Assembly: GCA_963837635.1 (NCBI GenBank)
Contig: CAWINY010000006.1
Location: 725,236-789,235 of the forward strand
Direction: 5' to 3'
DNA from: an uncultured Acidobacteriota bacterium
GTDB lineage: Bacteria; Acidobacteriota; Terriglobia; Terriglobales; Acidobacteriaceae
DNA length: 64,000 bases
Positions 59,645 to 64,000 of the stretch are shown here, in pieces. The first letter of the stretch is position 1. Every line of letters begins with the position of its first letter. The notes beneath the pieces were generated by a model. It was given only the letters and a program-made list of their open reading frames with translations, had not been told where the DNA came from and ran no database searches. A program made the translations under genes and the position numbers.

Positions 59645-59780
59645 TTTGGGGTTGAAACCTTTTCACCGCTGAGGACGTAGAGTACGCAGAGGAAGAGCGC
59701 AGAGGAGTAAAAAATGACCATCTTTAGAGTGCGCTATTCCTGCGCCCTCGGCGTCCTCAGTGGTGAAGAGGCTCTTATCT

Positions 59781-61259
59781 TCACTCGGCGCAGAAGCGTT
59801 CCACCCGACTCAGCGCCTCAACCAGTTCCCCATCCTGCTCAGGAAACACGGTGCGCAGATCGAGGAGTACGGTATCTCCTTCGACGCGCGCAATGACTGG
59901 GGGCACGCCCTCGCGCAGCTCGCGTGCGATCTCGTCGGCGCTCGCGTTTTCCGATTGCACGGCGAGTACGCGCGTGGGCAGAGTCGCCGATGGGGCAGAG
60001 CCGCCGCCCGGCACCGACTCGGATTCGCGCACCTCCACCAGGATGTGCGAGTGTGGAGCGAGCCTACGTTGAATCTCCCTGGCGCGGCCCTCGAGTTCAG
60101 CGACGCCGGTGCGCATCATGCGCATAGCCGGAATGGCATCCAGGTCCTGACGGATGTAGGCAAGCAGCGTAGCTTCCAGGGCGGCGTAGGTGAGTTTATC
60201 CACGCGCAAGGCGCGGAACAGAGGATTGGAGCGGATGCGCGCCACCAGCTCGCGACGGCCGGTGATCAGCCCGGCCTGCGGGCCTCCGAGCATCTTGTCC
60301 CCGCTGTAGGTGACCACGTCCGCTGCCGTGGCGAGCGTATCCAGCACGTTCGGTTCGCCGTGAATGCCGAGCGTGACGAGGTCGATCAACGCTCCGCTGC
60401 CGAGATCATGCATGACCGGGATTTCAAGTCGGCGCCCGAGTTCGACCAGTTCTTCCAGCGCGGGTTGTTCGGTAAATCCCCGGATCTCGAAATTCGAGCG
60501 ATGCACGCGCAGCAGCAGGCGCGTGCGCTCGTTGATCGCCTCAGCGTAATCCCGGATGCGGGTGCGGTTGGTGGTGCCAACCTCGCGCAGGATCGCTCCG
60601 GACTTGGCCATCACCTCGGGGATGCGGAACGAGCCGCCAATCTCCACCAGTTCGCCGCGCGAGACGATCACCTCGCCGCCTTCCGCCAGCGCATTGAGGC
60701 AGAGCAACACGGCGGCGGCATTATTGTTGACCACGATCGTCGCCAGATCATCCCGCGATTCGCCGCACAGTAGCCGCGCAAAAAGGCGGTTCGCATGAAC
60801 ATCGCGTTTGCCGCGCGCGCCGCTGGCGAGGTCGTATTCGAGGTTGGAATACCCACCAGCAGTCTCGAGGATATGTTCGAGGGCGGCGCGTCCCAAGGGC
60901 GCGCGACCGAGGTTGGTATGCAGCACGACGCCGGTGGCGTTGATTACCGGGCGAAGAGAGTACGAGAGATCTTCTGCCAAGCGGCGCGCGATGCTGCTAT
61001 TGACTTCGGCGATGGCCTGGGCCAAGCCCGCTTCATCGAGTTCATCGGCGGCAATGGATTCCCGGATCTTTCCCAGCACGCAACGCGCGGCTTCGGCCAA
61101 GGCCGCGTGGCCAGCCGCCTGCATAGGCTCGGCAAACGCCGCCGAGCGCAGCAGTTCGTCCACCGAAGGAAGCTGGCGAAAGAGGTCGGATTTCGAGCTT
61201 GGCGCCACGGGGAGAGTGTAACCCACGCGCGAGCGGGACGAGTATTCAATCGTCGCCAT
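59781..61259 (-). CDS. selA: L-seryl-tRNA(Sec) selenium transferase
   Basis: 492 aa. 'LPSVDELL', 'LRPVINATGVVLHTNLGRAPL', 'NLEYDLASGARGKRD', 'VNNNAAAVLL', 'SGDKMLGGPQAG' (PLP Lys). Confidence 0.9.
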   Translation of the reverse strand: MATIEYSSRSRVGYTLPVAPSSKSDLFRQLPSVDELLRSAAFAEPMQAAGHAALAEAARCVLGKIRESIAADELDEAGLAQAIAEVNSSIARRLAEDLSYSLRPVINATGVVLHTNLGRAPLGRAALEHILETAGGYSNLEYDLASGARGKRDVHANRLFARLLCGESRDDLATIVVNNNAAAVLLCLNALAEGGEVIVSRGELVEIGGSFRIPEVMAKSGAILREVGTTNRTRIRDYAEAINERTRLLLRVHRSNFEIRGFTEQPALEELVELGRRLEIPVMHDLGSGALIDLVTLGIHGEPNVLDTLATAADVVTYSGDKMLGGPQAGLITGRRELVARIRSNPLFRALRVDKLTYAALEATLLAYIRQDLDAIPAMRMMRTGVAELEGRAREIQRRLAPHSHILVEVRESESVPGGGSAPSATLPTRVLAVQSENASADEIARELREGVPPVIARVEGDTVLLDLRTVFPEQDGELVEALSRVERFCAE

Positions 61260-61313
61260 CGGGCGGCGATTGAGTACTCTGGAAGCGAATCACCGTGAGC
61301 TGCCGCCGGTTTA

Positions 61314-61350
61314 TCACGGCTCCATTCGCTTCAGCGCCACGCGAGCTAAG
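61314..61350 (-). pseudogene. Displaced 3' end (last ~11 codons + TGA) of the Sel1-repeat gene split by ISAzo13 copy 2
   Basis: Removing the IS and one target-duplication copy joins ...AEAHGFAL to ARVALKRMEP* in frame. Confidence 0.55.
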
Positions 61351-62633
61351 GAACCGTAAATAAATAACGTTTACATCTACTATCCTGATCTGTTATTACG
61401 GTGGGCATGGACTCGGATGCCCAGCTCGGCCGGTACTTTGCTGGCATGTGGCCGCATCTGGACGAACACGCTCGGCGTTTGGTGGCTGCCAGCGAAGCTT
61501 TGGAACTGGGCTATGGCGGCATCTCGCGAGTCAGCCGCGCCTGCGGCCTATCGCGGGTCACGTTGACCAAGGGTATCGAGGAATTGAAAGCCGCGCCGTT
61601 GGCCCCGGGCCGGATTCGCCACGAGGGCGGCGGACGACACTCGTTGACGTCCAGCGATCCCGGCATGGCGCCCGCCTTGGACAGCATGGTCGAACCCACG
61701 GCACGCGGCGACCCGCAGTCGCCCTTGCGCTGGACCTGCAAGAGCGCCCGCACGCTGGCGGCGGAACTAACAGCCCGGCACCACCCGGTCAGCCACACCA
61801 AAGTGACCCAACTCCTGCGAGAGAGTGGCTACAGCCTGCAGGGCAATCGCAAGACGGAGGAAGGGGATGACCATCCCGATCGTGACGCGCAGTTCCGTCA
61901 TATCAATAGCGCCGTCAAACGCGCTTTGCGGGCAGGCGAGCCCGTCATTTCCGTGGACACGAAGAAGAAAGAACTGATCGGTAACTACCAAAACCAGGGC
62001 CGCCAGTGGCGCCAAACCGGAACGGCGGATAAGGTCAACGGACATGATTTTCCCGGTCCCGATGTACCCCGCGCCTATCCCTACGGAATCTACGACCTGG
62101 GGCGCAACGCGGGCTTCGTCAACGTGGGCACGGACCACGACACGGGGGCCTTCGCGGTGGCTTCGATTCGGGGCTGGTGGCGCGCCGACGGCCGGAACCT
62201 GTATCTGGGGGCACGGCGACTGCTGATCACCGCCGATGGCGGGGGTAGCAACGGCTGGCGGCTGCGACTGTGGAAATGGGAGTTACAGCGTCTGGCCGAC
62301 CAGACCGGGCTGATACTGATGGTCTGCCATTTTCCGCCGGGCACGAGCAAATGGAATAAGGTGGAGCATCGGTTGTTTTCCTTCATTTCGTCCAACTGGC
62401 GCGGCGAGCCGCTACGCGATTATGAGACGGTGGTACGGCTGATCGCCGGAACGACGACGGCCAAGGGTTTGAAAGTGACCTGCCGCCTAGATCACCGCAA
62501 GTATCCCGTGGGGCGAAAGATCACGGATGAAGAGTTTGCCCATGTCAACCTCAAGCCAGACAAATTCCATGGTGAGTGGAACTACACCATTCATCCAAGC
62601 AACTAGGTTGTAAACGTTATATATTTACGCCGC
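61351..62633 (+). mobile_element. ISAzo13-family insertion sequence, copy 2 (~1283 bp)
   Basis: Same length and orientation as copy 1. I found only 3 nucleotide differences (positions equivalent to 28604, ~28850, ~29869). Flanked by (C)TAAG at 61346-61350 and 62634-62638. Confidence 0.85.
61401..62606 (+). CDS. ISAzo13 family DDE transposase
   Basis: 401-aa protein identical to 28653..29858. Confidence 0.9.
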   Translation: MGMDSDAQLGRYFAGMWPHLDEHARRLVAASEALELGYGGISRVSRACGLSRVTLTKGIEELKAAPLAPGRIRHEGGGRHSLTSSDPGMAPALDSMVEPTARGDPQSPLRWTCKSARTLAAELTARHHPVSHTKVTQLLRESGYSLQGNRKTEEGDDHPDRDAQFRHINSAVKRALRAGEPVISVDTKKKELIGNYQNQGRQWRQTGTADKVNGHDFPGPDVPRAYPYGIYDLGRNAGFVNVGTDHDTGAFAVASIRGWWRADGRNLYLGARRLLITADGGGSNGWRLRLWKWELQRLADQTGLILMVCHFPPGTSKWNKVEHRLFSFISSNWRGEPLRDYETVVRLIAGTTTAKGLKVTCRLDHRKYPVGRKITDEEFAHVNLKPDKFHGEWNYTIHPSN

Positions 62634-63288
62634 CTAAGGCAAACCCGTGCGCTTCGGCCTTGCGATACCAATCGACGGCCTGCGCGTTGTTCAGCGCCAC
62701 TCCCTGGCCCGCCGCGTAGAAATACCCGACCTTGTATTCGGCTTCCGGTCGCTGCTGCTCGGCAGCTTGCAGATAGTATCGGAATGCGGCGGAGTAGTCC
62801 TGGCCCACGCCTCGGCCCTCCTCATACATTTGGCCAAGTTGGAGCGCCGCTTGGGTGTGGCCCTGGCTGGCTGCTCGCTGCAACCACTTGGCGGCCTGCG
62901 CGCCATCCTTCTTGACTCCGCGACCCGACTCATACATAACGCCGAGCCGGTACTCGGCGTCGCGGTGGCCTTGCGCGGCGGCAAGCTTGTGCCACTTGAT
63001 GGCCGTGGCGGGATCCTGATTGCTCAATCCGACGTCGTAGATAACCCCCAAGCGGTACTGCGCGTCGGCGTAGCCTTGGTCGGCGGCTTTCTGGAACCAC
63101 TCCCGGGCTTTGTCCATGTCGCGCGGCAATCCTTGCCCAAAGGCATACCTCATCCCCACCTTAACCTGAGCTGCGGGATCGCCCGCTTTGGCCTGCTGCA
63201 GCTCCGTGGCGAGGCCACCTTGGCAGAAGGAGAAGGCAACGCTAGCAGTCAAAAAGACAACGATGCCCAGAATCGTTCTCATCTTCAT
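62617..63288 (-). CDS. Sel1-repeat (SLR/TPR-like) secreted protein, C-terminus replaced by IS-encoded residues
   Basis: Signal peptide 'MKMRTILGIVVFLTASVAFS'. About six repeats of 'A..W..KAA.QG...A...LG.MY..G.GV..D...A'. The last 5 codons and the stop lie inside the IS right end. Confidence 0.75.
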   Translation of the reverse strand: MKMRTILGIVVFLTASVAFSFCQGGLATELQQAKAGDPAAQVKVGMRYAFGQGLPRDMDKAREWFQKAADQGYADAQYRLGVIYDVGLSNQDPATAIKWHKLAAAQGHRDAEYRLGVMYESGRGVKKDGAQAAKWLQRAASQGHTQAALQLGQMYEEGRGVGQDYSAAFRYYLQAAEQQRPEAEYKVGYFYAAGQGVALNNAQAVDWYRKAEAHGFALGGVNI

Positions 63289-63361
63289 CCTGTTCGTCTC
63301 CGGGTTCTGATGAGGTCGTGTCAGCCTCATCCTGCATCAGCGAAGTGATTTGCGTTGCGCC

Positions 63362-64000
63362 TTACTTGCGCGATAGCTGTTGCTGTGCCATGCGTGCATT
63401 GGCAAGTTGCTGGTCCACCATCTCTTTCAGGGTCTTGTAATCAACCGCCCCACTGAAGAAATGTCCGTTGACGAAGAAACTGGGGGTTCCGCCCAGGCCC
63501 AGGCGTTTCCCCTGTTCAAGGTCTTGCTTGACGGCCGCGGCCTGGATGCCGTCGTCCAGGCAGCGATCAAAGTGATTGCCGTTGAGCTTCAAGTCGCGCG
63601 CCTGGCTTTTCAAGTCCGCTATATCGAATCGGCGGCGGGAGAAGAGCACATCGTGCATCTCCCAGAACTTACCCTGATCGCCGGCACAGCGGGCAGCTTC
63701 CGCCGCCTTTTGCGCGCGGTGATGCATCGGCAGGGGGAAATCCTTGTAGATCACGGATAACTGGCTGCCGTATTCCTTCTCCAGCTGCTGGAGGAGAGGA
63801 TTGACTTGCCCACAATAGGGGCACTCGTAGTCGGCAAACTCCACCAGGGTGACCGGCGCATCCTTGGCGCCGCGCACGAAGCCGGCTTGGGTGTCGACCT
63901 CGGCCGCGGGCGACTCCAGCAGGATGTGTACCTGGGCCTGTTGGTGCAGTCCTTGCAGATAGGCGGCGCGCGCTTTGCTGCGGCGGAGCTCGCGAATGCG
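63362..64000 (-). CDS. DsbA-family thiol:disulfide oxidoreductase (partial, N-terminus beyond window)
   Basis: 'VTLVEFADYECPYCGQ' CxxC thioredoxin-fold motif. 'GGTPSFFVNG'. The reading frame stays open to the window edge. Confidence 0.75.
   Translation of the reverse strand, partial: RIRELRRSKARAAYLQGLHQQAQVHILLESPAAEVDTQAGFVRGAKDAPVTLVEFADYECPYCGQVNPLLQQLEKEYGSQLSVIYKDFPLPMHHRAQKAAEAARCAGDQGKFWEMHDVLFSRRRFDIADLKSQARDLKLNGNHFDRCLDDGIQAAAVKQDLEQGKRLGLGGTPSFFVNGHFFSGAVDYKTLKEMVDQQLANARMAQQQLSRK

Overview
This is a high-GC chromosomal segment. Its gene content, PEP-CTERM protein and dense intergenic REP-like word repeats look Acidobacteria-like, but that assignment is an inference. Most of the window is conserved housekeeping: phoH-ybeY-corC, rpmH-rnpA-yidD-yidC-jag, ribH-nusB, sucCD, trpD, a dnaK-dnaJ-hspR operon, rpiB, glyA, dacB and selA. 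There are also two hybrid sensor kinases and a marR-like/arsM/acr3 arsenic operon. The main non-routine observations are listed here. (1) An AhpE-like peroxiredoxin has an in-frame TGA exactly at the peroxidatic-Cys position. It is a predicted selenoprotein that the ORF track truncates, and selA lies in the same window. (2) A degenerate accessory island of about 8 kb lies downstream of tRNA-Glu(CUC). It is bounded by a 19-bp direct repeat of the tRNA 3' end. It carries IS200, an ISAzo13-family IS, a frameshifted PEP-CTERM gene, a HAD-like protein and two paralogous CxxC...CxxCG-SLLS zinc-ribbon proteins of unknown function. (3) Two near-identical ISAzo13-family copies each have their own 4-5 bp target duplication (CTTAG / CTAAG). 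One copy splits the 3' end of a Sel1-repeat gene just upstream of selA. (4) One IS5/IS427-group IS has an A7G -1 frameshift site. (5) The ars operon is headed by a MarR-type regulator with two vicinal Cys-Cys pairs rather than an ArsR. (6) RibH is fused in frame to an N-terminal VOC-like domain. (7) Several pervasive families of intergenic repeats are present, some of which extend or separate coding regions. No CRISPR array, rRNA or recognisable defence system was seen. Coordinates of repeat and IS ends are hand-derived and may be off by a few bases.
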